Translations under genes and position numbers: made by a program | The notes under the pieces: generated by a model | What the model was told of the DNA's origin: nothing | What the model saw: the letters and a program-made list of their open reading frames with translations, nothing else | Databases searched by the model: none | Assembly (NCBI GenBank): GCA_963789545.1 | Contig: CAWBKZ010000006.1 | Coordinates: 664,318-728,317, forward strand | Length of the DNA stretch: 64,000 nucleotides | DNA from: an uncultured Flavobacteriaceae bacterium | GTDB taxonomy: Bacteria; Bacteroidota; Bacteroidia; Flavobacteriales; Flavobacteriaceae | Reading direction: 5' to 3' | Part shown: positions 51,755-61,619 of the stretch, in pieces | Numbering within the stretch: the first letter of the stretch is position 1 | Layout of the letters: every line of letters starts with the position of its first letter

Positions 51755-52804
51755 TCATTTTACAAATTTTTCAAATGCTATACCATTAAATTTGTATGCT
51801 CCGTTTTCGTGTGTTCCAAGCCAAAGTTCGCCATTGTGGTCTTTGTAAATGCTGAATAATGTAATGTCTTTTGAATTATCTTGAACTACATAATGCGTTA
51901 TTTTCGTTCCATCATATTTCCAAACGCCATTACGATAGGTTACAAACCACAAGTTATTATTGTTGTCTCTTACTGTTGATAAATACTCGTCCAAAGCGCT
52001 GTCATTTTTCCCATCTAAACCACCTATGCTTTCGTGTCTTGTGTAAAATTTATTGCTTTCTAATGTTGTGCTGTCATAAACACTATAACGATATTCGGTA
52101 TTGAACCAAAAATCCCCAATTTTATCTTCTGTAATTGAACGTACTCCGTTTGCACCTTCGTTGTGAAATTCTGTCACATCTTCTTCTGTAATCCATTCAA
52201 ATGATTTTCCATCGTATCTGCAAACTCCAACAGGGTTTGTACCAAACCAAATGTTTCCTTTTTGGTCTTTATAGATGCTGTAGATTCCAAAAGGGTTAGG
52301 GAGGTTTGGTGGCTTGGGCAATTGCAATTCATATAGAGTAATACCATCATACCGATATACTTTATTCTCAAATTCATAAGAATGTTTAAACCATAAATCA
52401 TCCGGTTGAAGTTTCCATTCATTACTCGGTATTGCGGTTAATGTGGTAAAAGTATGTCCATCAAACTTAACAATTGTTGAATTGGGATAACAGCTATTAA
52501 AATATAGGTTGCCAAATTTATCTTCTTTAATTTCGTCAATTCTGTTGCTTGGTAAACCGTGCTTTGTTGAAAAATTAGTGACTATTTTTCCGTCAAATCT
52601 ATACACTCCTGTCTCCCAACTTCCGAACCAATACATATTATGCTTGTCTTGATGAATAACCATAATATTATTTCCAAGTTCTGTTATGGTATCGCCTTTT
52701 ACAATGTTGTCTGTTTTAACTTGTTGTTTAGTGGTCTGTCCATTACAAGATGTCAATAAAACCATTGCGTTGAAAAATATAAATATGTTCAATTTTATTT
52801 TCAT
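51755..52804 (-). CDS. Stand-alone two-component-regulator-type beta-propeller lipoprotein
   Basis: Lipobox LTSC; repeated I..DK.GN.WFGT...GV.RYDGK blades; no kinase domain. Confidence 0.85.
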   Translation of the reverse strand: MKIKLNIFIFFNAMVLLTSCNGQTTKQQVKTDNIVKGDTITELGNNIMVIHQDKHNMYWFGSWETGVYRFDGKIVTNFSTKHGLPSNRIDEIKEDKFGNLYFNSCYPNSTIVKFDGHTFTTLTAIPSNEWKLQPDDLWFKHSYEFENKVYRYDGITLYELQLPKPPNLPNPFGIYSIYKDQKGNIWFGTNPVGVCRYDGKSFEWITEEDVTEFHNEGANGVRSITEDKIGDFWFNTEYRYSVYDSTTLESNKFYTRHESIGGLDGKNDSALDEYLSTVRDNNNNLWFVTYRNGVWKYDGTKITHYVVQDNSKDITLFSIYKDHNGELWLGTHENGAYKFNGIAFEKFVK

Positions 52805-52833
52805 CTGTTTGATGCTTGTAATGTTGTTCTTGA

Positions 52834-52909
52834 GTTACAGCTAACATGGTATAAACACCATTATAGTATTTATCCCTAGTATATATTTTGTTGTTTCTAT
52901 TCAAATATA
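52834..52909 (-). promoter_or_regulatory. attI-like head site plus cassette promoter
   Basis: Minus strand TATATTTG (52902-52909) ... GGGATAAATACTATAATGGTGTTTATACCAT-GTTAGCTGTAAC (52834-52845). Confidence 0.5.
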
Positions 52910-53222
52910 GCATAAAAACTCGCTACTTTCCCATCACCTTTTTGCAACTCCCGCTGCCCGGCCAGTATTTTATGTTCCTTATCTAGTGGCATAACATAAG
53001 AAGCTTTAAAAAAATTTATAATAAGAATTGTTAATCTTTTGTTTAATCTTTTTTTGATTTACTGAAACAAAGTAAATTTAAACAAAAATTGTTATGTTGA
53101 AATTGCTCCAATATTTATTTCGCAGAAAGGAAAATAAAAAAAAATTTTAAAACCAAGATGTATAGGCTGTTACGTATGAACAAGCAACTTTCTTTCATTC
53201 CGAATAAGTAAATAAAGGCTGA

Positions 53223-53684
53223 ATGAAAATCTATACGCTGCATGCCAAACAAAATCTTCCCATCACTTTGGATGAGGCTTGGAATTTTTTGTCAAACCCT
53301 AAAAACCTAAAAGTAATAACACCCGACTATATGGGGTTCCAGATTCAGTCCGGTGCAGACAGGCCTATGTTTGCAGGACAGGTTATTGAATATATAGTCA
53401 CCCCTATTTTGGGCATCAAAACCAGATGGGTTACTGAAATAACCCACGTTGTGAACAACGCCTATTTTGTGGACGAACAGCGTTTTGGGCCCTATGCAAT
53501 GTGGCACCACAAACATTTTATTAAAGAAATTGATGGCGGGGTTGAAATGGAAGATTTGCTGCATTATAAACTTCCCTTTGGAATTCTTGGTCGGCTGTCA
53601 CATCCATTTTTTGTAAAACCGAAACTTGATGAAATCTTTGAATACCGAAAAAATAAATTGGTGAAAATCTTTGGAACCATGTAA
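53223..53684 (+). CDS. SRPBCC family protein
   Basis: AWNFLSNPKNLKVITP, WVTEITHV, FVDEQRFGPYAMWHHKH. Confidence 0.88.
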   Translation: MKIYTLHAKQNLPITLDEAWNFLSNPKNLKVITPDYMGFQIQSGADRPMFAGQVIEYIVTPILGIKTRWVTEITHVVNNAYFVDEQRFGPYAMWHHKHFIKEIDGGVEMEDLLHYKLPFGILGRLSHPFFVKPKLDEIFEYRKNKLVKIFGTM

Positions 53685-53699
53685 ATTCACATAAAAACA

Positions 53700-54394
53700 A
53701 TGCAAAAAAATATACTTTTAATCGGTGGTTCATATGGTATTGGAGCTGTTATTGCTGCAAAACTGCAAGCAAACAATAATGTAATTATTGCATCCCGAAG
53801 CAACAAAAATATTCCAGATGGAATTACCCACCTTACTTTTGATGCGTTGAAGGATGATATTTCAACATTGGATTTGCCCGAAAAGGTTGACGGACTGGTA
53901 TATTGTCCCGGAAGTATCAATTTAAAACCCTTTAAAATGATGCCGCCCGAAACTTTCAATGAAGATATGGAACTAAATTTCCACTCGCTGGTTCGCGTGG
54001 TTCAAGGCTTGTTGCCCAAACTGAAAAATGCGGAACAGGCCAGTCTTCTTTTTTTAGCACCGTTGCTGTAAAAGTTGGTATGCCTTTTCATACAAGTGTC
54101 GCGGCTGCAAAAGGAGCTATTGAAGGTTTTGCAAAAGCGCTCGCTGCGGAATATGCACCAAGTTTTCGGGTAAACGTGATTGCACCTTCCTTGACAGATT
54201 CGCCTTTGGCATCAAAACTTTTGAATAACGATTTAAAAAAAGAAAAAATGGCAGAGCGTCACCCACTTAAAAAAGTGGGAACCACAGAAGATATAGCTGC
54301 TATGGCTGCATTTCTTATAAATGATGAATCGAAGTGGATTACAGGTCAAGTTTTTGGTGTGGACGGGGGGCTTTCAACTTTAAATGTGAATTAA
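53700..54394 (+). CDS. SDR family oxidoreductase (frameshift in a T7 run at 54049-54055)
   Basis: IGGSYGIG; continues ...FSTVA...HTSVAAAKGA...RVNVIAPS...WITGQ..VDGG after a frame change; ~231 aa if one T is restored. Confidence 0.85.
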
Positions 54395-54395
54395 T

Positions 54396-55700
54396 TTGTC
54401 ACAAAAAGTAAATATATTTTGGTTCCGAAGAGATTTACGATTGGATGACAATGTGGGTTTTTACAAAGCTCTTAAAGGTAAATTTCCAGTACTTCCCATT
54501 TTTATATTTGATTCTGAAATACTAAATGAACTTCCAAAAGACGATGCACGGGTCACGTTTATTTTTGAAACGCTCCAAAAAATGCGCAATGAATTGCAGG
54601 AACACGGAAGCAGTATGGCACTCTACCTCGGAAAACCAGAAGAAGTCTTCAAAAAAATCCTTTCAGCATTTGAAGTGCAAAACGTAATAACCAATCGTGA
54701 TTATGAACCCTATGCAAAAAAGCGCGATGAAACCATAAAACATCTTCTTTCAGAAAAAAATATTGGTTTTTACACATTTAAAGACCAAGTAATTTTTGAA
54801 AAAGACGAAGTGGTAAAGGACGATGGCGACCCGTATATTGTGTACACGCCGTATATGAAAACGTGGAAGCAAAAATTTAAAAAGGAATATGACGAAAAGA
54901 TTTTTTATACCCACGAATTTTTAAAAAATCTTTATCAGCACTCGCGGCTTCCGAATCTTTCCCTTAGCGATATTGGCTTTAAAAAATCAAAAATCGAAAT
55001 CCCCGACTTTGATGTTACCCCAACAACCATTCAGGAATACGAACAAAGAAGAAATTTTCCTGCAGAAGATGCAACTTCACATTTGGGTCCACATTTGCGC
55101 TTTGGTACTGTGAGTATTCGAAAAATGATTAACAAAGCAACTGCAGAGAAGAACGAAGTGTTTTGGCAGGAATTAATCTGGCGGGAATTTTTTATGCAAA
55201 TCCTCTGGCATTTCCCCGAAACTGTAAATAATGCTTTTAAAAGTAAATACGATCGTATTGCATGGCGAAATAATAATGTTGAATTCAAAAAATGGAAAGA
55301 AGGAAAAACAGGTTATCCGTTAGTGGATGCCGGAATGCGCCAACTGAATGAAACTGGGTATATGCACAACCGAGTGCGCATGGTGGTTGCCAGTTTTCTT
55401 TGTAAGCATCTTTTGATAGATTGGCGTTGGGGCGAAACTTATTTTGCAGAGAAATTACTCGACTTCGAACTTTCAAGCAACATAGGCAACTGGCAATGGG
55501 CAGCTGGAAGTGGTGTGGATGCTGCACCCTATTTCAGAATTTTCAACCCAACGACACAATTAGAAAAATTTGACAAAGATTATAAATACATAAAAAAATA
55601 TGTGTTAGAATTTGGAACCGAAAATTATCCTGAAAAAATAGTAGACCACAAAGAAGCACGGGAAAGATGCTTACATATTTACAAAAAAAGCATTTCTTAA
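54396..55700 (+). CDS. phrB: Deoxyribodipyrimidine photolyase (class I/III CPD type)
   Basis: WFRRDLRLDDN, TSHLGPHLRFG, ELIWREF, GYPLVDAGMRQL, MHNRVRM, NWQWAAG, RIFNP. Confidence 0.9.
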   Translation: MSQKVNIFWFRRDLRLDDNVGFYKALKGKFPVLPIFIFDSEILNELPKDDARVTFIFETLQKMRNELQEHGSSMALYLGKPEEVFKKILSAFEVQNVITNRDYEPYAKKRDETIKHLLSEKNIGFYTFKDQVIFEKDEVVKDDGDPYIVYTPYMKTWKQKFKKEYDEKIFYTHEFLKNLYQHSRLPNLSLSDIGFKKSKIEIPDFDVTPTTIQEYEQRRNFPAEDATSHLGPHLRFGTVSIRKMINKATAEKNEVFWQELIWREFFMQILWHFPETVNNAFKSKYDRIAWRNNNVEFKKWKEGKTGYPLVDAGMRQLNETGYMHNRVRMVVASFLCKHLLIDWRWGETYFAEKLLDFELSSNIGNWQWAAGSGVDAAPYFRIFNPTTQLEKFDKDYKYIKKYVLEFGTENYPEKIVDHKEARERCLHIYKKSIS

Positions 55701-55810
55701 AATATGTTAAATTATGTACGATTATTCCTATTTTGTGTATTATGTCGATAAAATGTGTAGTTTTATCGGGAATTTTAACATTAGTATTTACAAAACCCAA
55801 TTGTAAACTT

Positions 55811-56059
55811 ATGGAAACCTACAAAAATGTATTCACAAATGGTGATGTTATTGTTACTTATGAACCTAGTCGTTGCATCCATTCAGAAGCTTGTGCAAAA
55901 GGTCTTTCTTCAGTATTCAAAACTTCAGTAATCCCTTGGATTGATTTAGATGGGGCAAGTACGAAAAAAATCATTTCACAAGTAAAAAAATGTCCTTCTG
56001 GAGCACTTTCATGTTCTACAGTAAAAAATAGAGAGTTTGTTAAAGATTTTGTAATTTGA
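55811..56059 (+). CDS. Divergent 4Fe-4S mono-cluster protein (YjdI-like)
   Basis: CIHSEAC...VF...PWI...CPSGAL; likely start ATG 55811. Confidence 0.8.
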   Translation: METYKNVFTNGDVIVTYEPSRCIHSEACAKGLSSVFKTSVIPWIDLDGASTKKIISQVKKCPSGALSCSTVKNREFVKDFVI

Positions 56060-56136
56060 AGTAAAATCTGGGCGGTTGTGCACAATTTTTTCTACTCTTG
56101 CACTGTTAATTTAAGCATTGTAACATCCAGAAAATC

Positions 56137-56724
56137 ATGAAGAAGATTTTATTTGTAATCCTTCCGCTATTCTTTTTTAGCCTGTCAATGACTGCACAGG
56201 ATTCAATTCAAGTTAAAAAAAACACATTAAATGAACAAATGACTGATGCATTTGACAAAAGCAACAGCTATCAAGAGTATAAGGTTATTAAAAAAACACA
56301 ACTTGCTACTTTAAAGCGAAATATTCTAGACTCCGTTTCTTCTTTGGAAAAAAGAATAGCCACTATGGAAAGTGAAGTGTCTCAAGAAAAAATCGCTGTT
56401 GATTCCCTTGTTCAGAATCTAAAAAAAACCAAACTGAATCTTGCCAAAGCTAAAGAGAAGGAAGACGGAATTGAAGTTTTTGGAATTCTAACTTCCAAAG
56501 CAACTTACAATGCGATAATGTGGTTTATCATCGTGTTTTTATTATTGATAAGTGGATTTTTATTCTACAGATTTCTGAACAGTCACAAAATTACAAATGC
56601 TGCCCAACTGAAAATGGCTGAGATGGAAATTGAATTAGAAGATTATCGCAAAAATAGTTTGGAACGCGAACAGAAATTGCGTAGAAAACTACAAGATGAA
56701 ATTAATAAAAATCGTAAGGTTTAG
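56137..56724 (+). CDS. Coiled-coil membrane-anchored protein, conserved in Bacteroidota
   Basis: Signal peptide, coiled coil, TM, ending LEREQKLRRKLQDEINK. Confidence 0.7.
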   Translation: MKKILFVILPLFFFSLSMTAQDSIQVKKNTLNEQMTDAFDKSNSYQEYKVIKKTQLATLKRNILDSVSSLEKRIATMESEVSQEKIAVDSLVQNLKKTKLNLAKAKEKEDGIEVFGILTSKATYNAIMWFIIVFLLLISGFLFYRFLNSHKITNAAQLKMAEMEIELEDYRKNSLEREQKLRRKLQDEINKNRKV

Positions 56725-56730
56725 GTTACT

Positions 56731-58044
56731 TTAAGTCTCATTTCGTGAAATTTTTGCGCCAATAGCCCGAAGTCTTTCATCAATATTTTCATAACCTCTG
56801 TCAATTTGCTCAATATTGTGAATGGTACTCGTGCCTTCCGCTGAAAGTGCAGCAATCAACAAGGAAATACCAGCTCTAATATCTGGTGAAACCATTGTTG
56901 TAGCTTTAAGATTGGACTTAAAATTATGACCAATAACAGTGGCTCTGTGTGGATCGCAAAGAATGATTTTGGCTCCCATATCAATCAACTTATCTACAAA
57001 AAACAAACGGCTTTCAAACATTTTTTGGTGAATGAGCACGCTTCCCTTCGCTTGGGTACAAACCACAAGAACAATACTGAGCAAATCGGGAGTAAAACCT
57101 GGCCACGGTGCATCGGCAACAGTAAGGATGGAACCATCAATATATCCTTGTATTACATATTCCTTTTGGGACGGAATGTAAATATCATCACCTTTCTTTT
57201 CCAACTTTATCCCCAGTTTTCTGAAGGTCTCTGGGATTAATCCTAAATTTTCCCAACTCACATTTTTTATAGTTATTTCGCTATGTGTCATAGCAGCTAA
57301 ACCAATCCAGCTGCCAATTTCAATCATATCTGGTAAAACCCTGTGTTTACATCCTCCTAGACTTTCTACACCTTCAATTATCAGTAAATTAGAGCCAACA
57401 CCACTAATTTTGGCGCCCATCGCGTTCAGCATTTTACAAAGTTGTTGAAGATATGGTTCGCAAGCAGCATTGTAAATTGTTGTAATTCCTTTGGCCAACA
57501 CGGCAGCCATCACGATATTCGCAGTTCCCGTTACAGAGGCTTGGTCCAAAAGCATATAGGTTCCCTTTAAACCTTTTGGTGCTTCTACGCCGTAAAAACG
57601 CTCCTCTTTATTGTACCGAAATTTAGCGCCAAGTTTTATAAAACCTTCAAAGTGAGTATCGAGTCTTCTTCTTCCAATTTTATCGCCGCCAGGTCTTGGG
57701 ATATATCCTTTTCCGAATCTTGCCAACAAGGGGCCAACAATCATTATGGAACCACGTAGTGAGCTTCCCTCCTGTTTGAAAAGTTCAGACTCTAAATATT
57801 CTAAATTAATATCATCAGCTATAAACGCATATTTGCCCTTTGCAAGTTTTTGGATTTTTACACCGAGGTTCTCTAATATTTTTATCAGTTTATTGACGTC
57901 AAGAATGTCGGGAATGTTCTCGATAATAATTTTTTCCGGAGTCAGTAATACAGCACAAAGAATTTGTAAGGCCTCGTTTTTGGCACCCTGGGGCGTAATT
58001 TCCCCCTTTAGTTTATGTCCGCCCTCTATTTGAAAAGTTCCCAT
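56731..58044 (-). CDS. murA: UDP-N-acetylglucosamine 1-carboxyvinyltransferase
   Basis: GAKNEAL, LRGSI, PGGDKIGRR, SVTGTANI, PWPGFTPD, DIRAG, IDRGYE. Confidence 0.96.
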   Translation of the reverse strand: MGTFQIEGGHKLKGEITPQGAKNEALQILCAVLLTPEKIIIENIPDILDVNKLIKILENLGVKIQKLAKGKYAFIADDINLEYLESELFKQEGSSLRGSIMIVGPLLARFGKGYIPRPGGDKIGRRRLDTHFEGFIKLGAKFRYNKEERFYGVEAPKGLKGTYMLLDQASVTGTANIVMAAVLAKGITTIYNAACEPYLQQLCKMLNAMGAKISGVGSNLLIIEGVESLGGCKHRVLPDMIEIGSWIGLAAMTHSEITIKNVSWENLGLIPETFRKLGIKLEKKGDDIYIPSQKEYVIQGYIDGSILTVADAPWPGFTPDLLSIVLVVCTQAKGSVLIHQKMFESRLFFVDKLIDMGAKIILCDPHRATVIGHNFKSNLKATTMVSPDIRAGISLLIAALSAEGTSTIHNIEQIDRGYENIDERLRAIGAKISRNET

Positions 58045-58061
58045 AAATAACAGTTGAAATT

Positions 58062-58721
58062 TTAATAACGCTTGCGATTGCGGTTGCTATTGTTTGATTT
58101 GTAGTTTTTCTTCCCAGAAGAATTTGTGTTGAAACGTTTTTTGTTTTTCAACAAGTTAGAAGCGTCGCTCAAATCTTCATCGCTGTTTTTCAGATTGATC
58201 TTTCCATCAGAAAGTTCAAAAAGATGTGCGAAAATCACATCGTCTTCCACGGTGTCTTTGTTCCAATTAAGGAAACATTTCTTCATGTGGTTCGCAATGG
58301 TAAGAATGAGACCTTCCTTTTTATCGCCTTCTTCCCAACTGTTTGCAACATCTATCATTCTTTTGATGTTGTTACCGTAAAAACGGTATTTAGGAAAGTT
58401 TTGAGGGTAATTCAAAGGTTCGGGACGTTCCATTAACTCTTCCCGAGAAGGAATTGGAAAAGGAGAATCCACATCAAGTTTAAAATCTGAGATAATAAAA
58501 AGCTGATCCCAAAGCATTGGCTGAAAATCTGGAACATCACGAAGGTGCGGGTTTAGGTTACCCATTACCGCTATTATGCTTTTTGCAATTTTATTTCGTT
58601 CGTCTCTGTCTTCTGTGGCAATCGCATGATCTACCATTTTTTGAATGTGGCGCCCGTATTCAGGAATAATCAATTTTGGACGCTCTGTATTATACTCTAT
58701 TTGTGCTACTTCTTGTATCAA
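58062..58721 (-). CDS. DUF4290 family protein
   Basis: EYNTERPKLIIPEYGRHIQKMV, YRFYG, ANHMKK. Confidence 0.85.
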   Translation of the reverse strand: MIQEVAQIEYNTERPKLIIPEYGRHIQKMVDHAIATEDRDERNKIAKSIIAVMGNLNPHLRDVPDFQPMLWDQLFIISDFKLDVDSPFPIPSREELMERPEPLNYPQNFPKYRFYGNNIKRMIDVANSWEEGDKKEGLILTIANHMKKCFLNWNKDTVEDDVIFAHLFELSDGKINLKNSDEDLSDASNLLKNKKRFNTNSSGKKNYKSNNSNRNRKRY

Positions 58722-58796
58722 AATGTTTTTATTAAGGAAAGAAAATTAGTGTATTCGGAAAGATTGAAAATCATTTCTCACGCAAAATACTAAAAA

Positions 58797-59087
58797 TTAT
58801 AGTGAAATGACACCTTCAACCTTGGAAACTTCAAGATATTTTTTAACCACATCGTCTGGAGAATCCAAAGTAACTTTTATGGAAACACTGGAATAGGTTC
58901 CTTTTGAGGAATCGCGGGTATTTATATCTGCATCTGTTCCATCGAAAATAGCTTCTATTTCTGCTATTTTTTCAAGATTGGCAGGCACAATAAATTTAAA
59001 AAGATAGGTCGATGGCCAAGTAGTGTCTTCTTGAAGTTGCTTTTTTAATCGCTCGTAAAATTCTGCGGTATTTTTATCTTGATCCAT
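58797..59087 (-). CDS. DUF493 (YbeD-like) family protein
   Basis: WPSTYLFKFIVP, SSKGTYSSVSI, ending VEGVISL. Confidence 0.85.
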   Translation of the reverse strand: MDQDKNTAEFYERLKKQLQEDTTWPSTYLFKFIVPANLEKIAEIEAIFDGTDADINTRDSSKGTYSSVSIKVTLDSPDDVVKKYLEVSKVEGVISL

Positions 59088-59162
59088 TAAATTAAAAATA
59101 GCGGTGTAAGCAACAAAGATACACTTTCATCACAAATATTTATTTACTTACTTTGTATAAAA

Positions 59163-59720
59163 TTGAAACTTTTGAATACAAAAAGAATTGTTATTACTGG
59201 CGGACCAGGTTCAGGAAAAACTGCACTTATTACTTGTTTGGAAAAAGAAGGTTATGCTGTTATGCACGAAATTTCGAGAGATGTAATTCTTGAGGCGCAA
59301 AAGGAAGGCATTGAGCAATTATTTCTAGAGAATCCAATTCTTTTCAGTGAAAAACTGCTGGAAGGACGACTCAAGCAATTTCACGAAGGAAAAAACTGTG
59401 CAGCCCCAATACTTTTCTATGACCGGGGAATGCCTGACGTTACAGCCTACATGGATTTTGTTGACACCCATTATCCCGTAAATTTTTCAGAAACCTGCCT
59501 TGAACATAAATATGATGAAATTTTCGTGCTCCCACCTTGGGAAGCTATTTATGAACAGGACAATGAGCGTTATGAATCTTTTGAGCAAGCTGAAAAAATT
59601 TTTCATTTCTTAAAGAATGGTTATGAAAATTACGGTTATAAAATTCATGAAGTGCCTGTGGGCACTATTAAAGAACGAGTTCAATTTATAATAACTACTA
59701 TTAAGTCAATAACAATTTGA
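59163..59720 (+). CDS. AAA_28 / NadR-like P-loop ATPase
   Basis: ITGGPGSGKT, FYDRGMPD, PPWEAIY..DNERYE. Confidence 0.85.
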   Translation: MKLLNTKRIVITGGPGSGKTALITCLEKEGYAVMHEISRDVILEAQKEGIEQLFLENPILFSEKLLEGRLKQFHEGKNCAAPILFYDRGMPDVTAYMDFVDTHYPVNFSETCLEHKYDEIFVLPPWEAIYEQDNERYESFEQAEKIFHFLKNGYENYGYKIHEVPVGTIKERVQFIITTIKSITI

Positions 59721-61615
59721 CAAATGTCCGCGACATCCTGACCAAATACTGGGGCTATACTTCCTTTAAACCAATGCAGGAAGAAATAATCAATTCAGTA
59801 TTGAACGGAAAGGATACAGTGGCACTTTTGCCCACAGGTGGCGGAAAATCATTGTGTTTTCAAGTTCCAGCGATGGCAATGGAGGGTATCTGCATTGTAG
59901 TTTCGCCATTGGTAGCTCTGATGGGTGATCAAGTAAATGCGCTGAAAGAACGCGGCATAAAAACTTTAAAACTGACTGGCGGAATTTCTTTTGACGAATT
60001 AAACACATTACTTGACAATGCACTGTACGGAAATTATAAATTTCTCTACCTCTCGCCCGAAAGGCTACAGCAGGAAATAGTTCAAAATTATATTAAGCAG
60101 ATGAACGTGAATTTGATTGCGGTTGATGAGGCCCATTGCATTTCACAATGGGGTAATGATTTTAGGCCAGCATACAAAAACATTACACTGCTAAGGGAAA
60201 TACATCCTTTGGTTCCCGTAATTGCGCTAACAGCAACTGCAACACCTGAAGTATTGGAAGATACCATTTCTGAATTGAAAATGGAACTTCCTGCTGTTTT
60301 CAAAAATTCATTTGTTCGCGAAAATCTTTCCTATCAGGTTTTTAAAGAGGAAGACAAACTTTATAAAGCAGAGCAACTTCTTAAAACTAACAAAGGTTCT
60401 GCTATAATTTATGTAAGAAACCGAAAAAGTACTATTGAAATAAGCGAACAACTTAACAGTTTGGGAATTTCTGCTACTTTTTATCACGGTGGAATTTCAG
60501 CAAAAGAAAAAGCTCAAAAACTTCAATCATGGCGAAGCGGAATATTTTCAACCATGGTTGCTACAAATGCTTTTGGAATGGGCATTGACCATCCAAATGT
60601 ACGTTTCGTAATTCATCTTCAAATTCCCGAAAGTCTTGAGAGTTATTTTCAGGAAGCAGGACGTGCTGGCCGTGATGGAGAATATGCCAAAGCAGTATTG
60701 CTATATAATGAGTACGACAAAATATATGTTAAGCAGCAGTTTGTGGAAGCACTGCCAACAACTTCCGATTTAAAAAAAATATATCGCACGCTGAACAATT
60801 ATTTTCAAATTCCATACGGGGAGGGCGAATTCACTAAACACAATTTTGGCTTTGCTGAATTCTGCAAAACATATAACCTCAATACATTGCTCGCCTACAA
60901 TGCGCTCAATAGTTTGGACCGTTTGGGCATTATTCAGCTTTCACAGGAATTCGGACGGAAATCAATTGTTCAATTTCTGATTTCTTCAGAAGAAGTGCTT
61001 CAGTATTTTGAAAAAGATGTAACAGCTTCTGTAATTGGCAAAACAATCCTCAGGATTTACGGCGGAATATTTGAAATGCCAACGGCAATTAATTTAGACT
61101 TGATTACCACTAAAACTGGGCAATCTATTGAAACCGTTATTGCCGTTCTGAAAAAATTGGAACGTGACCAGGTGATTGAGGCTACACTTCAGATAACAGA
61201 TGCCACGCTCACTTTTCTCGTTCCAAGGGAAGATGACAAGACTATAAACGTTATTTCTCGTGAGGTGGAGGCGTTAAATCGAAAAAAAACGGCTCAAGTA
61301 AATTCCGTTCTAAATTATATAGCGAATACCAAAACTTGCAGAAGCGTGCAGCTGGTTTCCTATTTTGGCGAAACCACTGCAAATAAATGCGGAATTTGCT
61401 CAGTTTGCAAAACACAGACTTCTAAGTTATCAAACAGAGAAATGCAACATCTCGCAAAACAGATACTTGCGTTACTTGAAGGCAGTGATTTAAGTTCGCG
61501 AGAGATTTCAGAAAAACTTACTTTTGTTGAAATCGATATTTTGAAAGCACTCCGTTTATTGATGGATGCCCAAAAAATAAAAATGAATCCGCAAAACAAA
61601 TACTTTTTAAACTGA
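59717..61615 (+). CDS. recQ: RecQ family ATP-dependent DNA helicase
   Basis: PTGGGKSLC, DEAHCISQWGNDFRP, TAT, ATNAFGMGID, QEAGRAGRDG, CR...CGICSVC zinc domain. Confidence 0.92.
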   Translation: MTNVRDILTKYWGYTSFKPMQEEIINSVLNGKDTVALLPTGGGKSLCFQVPAMAMEGICIVVSPLVALMGDQVNALKERGIKTLKLTGGISFDELNTLLDNALYGNYKFLYLSPERLQQEIVQNYIKQMNVNLIAVDEAHCISQWGNDFRPAYKNITLLREIHPLVPVIALTATATPEVLEDTISELKMELPAVFKNSFVRENLSYQVFKEEDKLYKAEQLLKTNKGSAIIYVRNRKSTIEISEQLNSLGISATFYHGGISAKEKAQKLQSWRSGIFSTMVATNAFGMGIDHPNVRFVIHLQIPESLESYFQEAGRAGRDGEYAKAVLLYNEYDKIYVKQQFVEALPTTSDLKKIYRTLNNYFQIPYGEGEFTKHNFGFAEFCKTYNLNTLLAYNALNSLDRLGIIQLSQEFGRKSIVQFLISSEEVLQYFEKDVTASVIGKTILRIYGGIFEMPTAINLDLITTKTGQSIETVIAVLKKLERDQVIEATLQITDATLTFLVPREDDKTINVISREVEALNRKKTAQVNSVLNYIANTKTCRSVQLVSYFGETTANKCGICSVCKTQTSKLSNREMQHLAKQILALLEGSDLSSREISEKLTFVEIDILKALRLLMDAQKIKMNPQNKYFLN

Positions 61616-61619
61616 AAAA

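Larger units (their letters stand above)
50650..52909 (-). mobile_element. Integron-like gene-cassette array (three cassettes, no integrase in window)
   Basis: Co-oriented genes bounded by GTT.../...AAC cores; one intact attC-like palindrome; head site with promoter. Confidence 0.6.

Noticed and set aside
52930-52975. Possible integrase remnant (minus-strand peptide RAAGVAKR resembles the AG..K.V motif before the HxLRH box)
   Set aside because: Only ~8 residues with no HxLRH or catalytic Tyr region; indistinguishable from chance without a translated search
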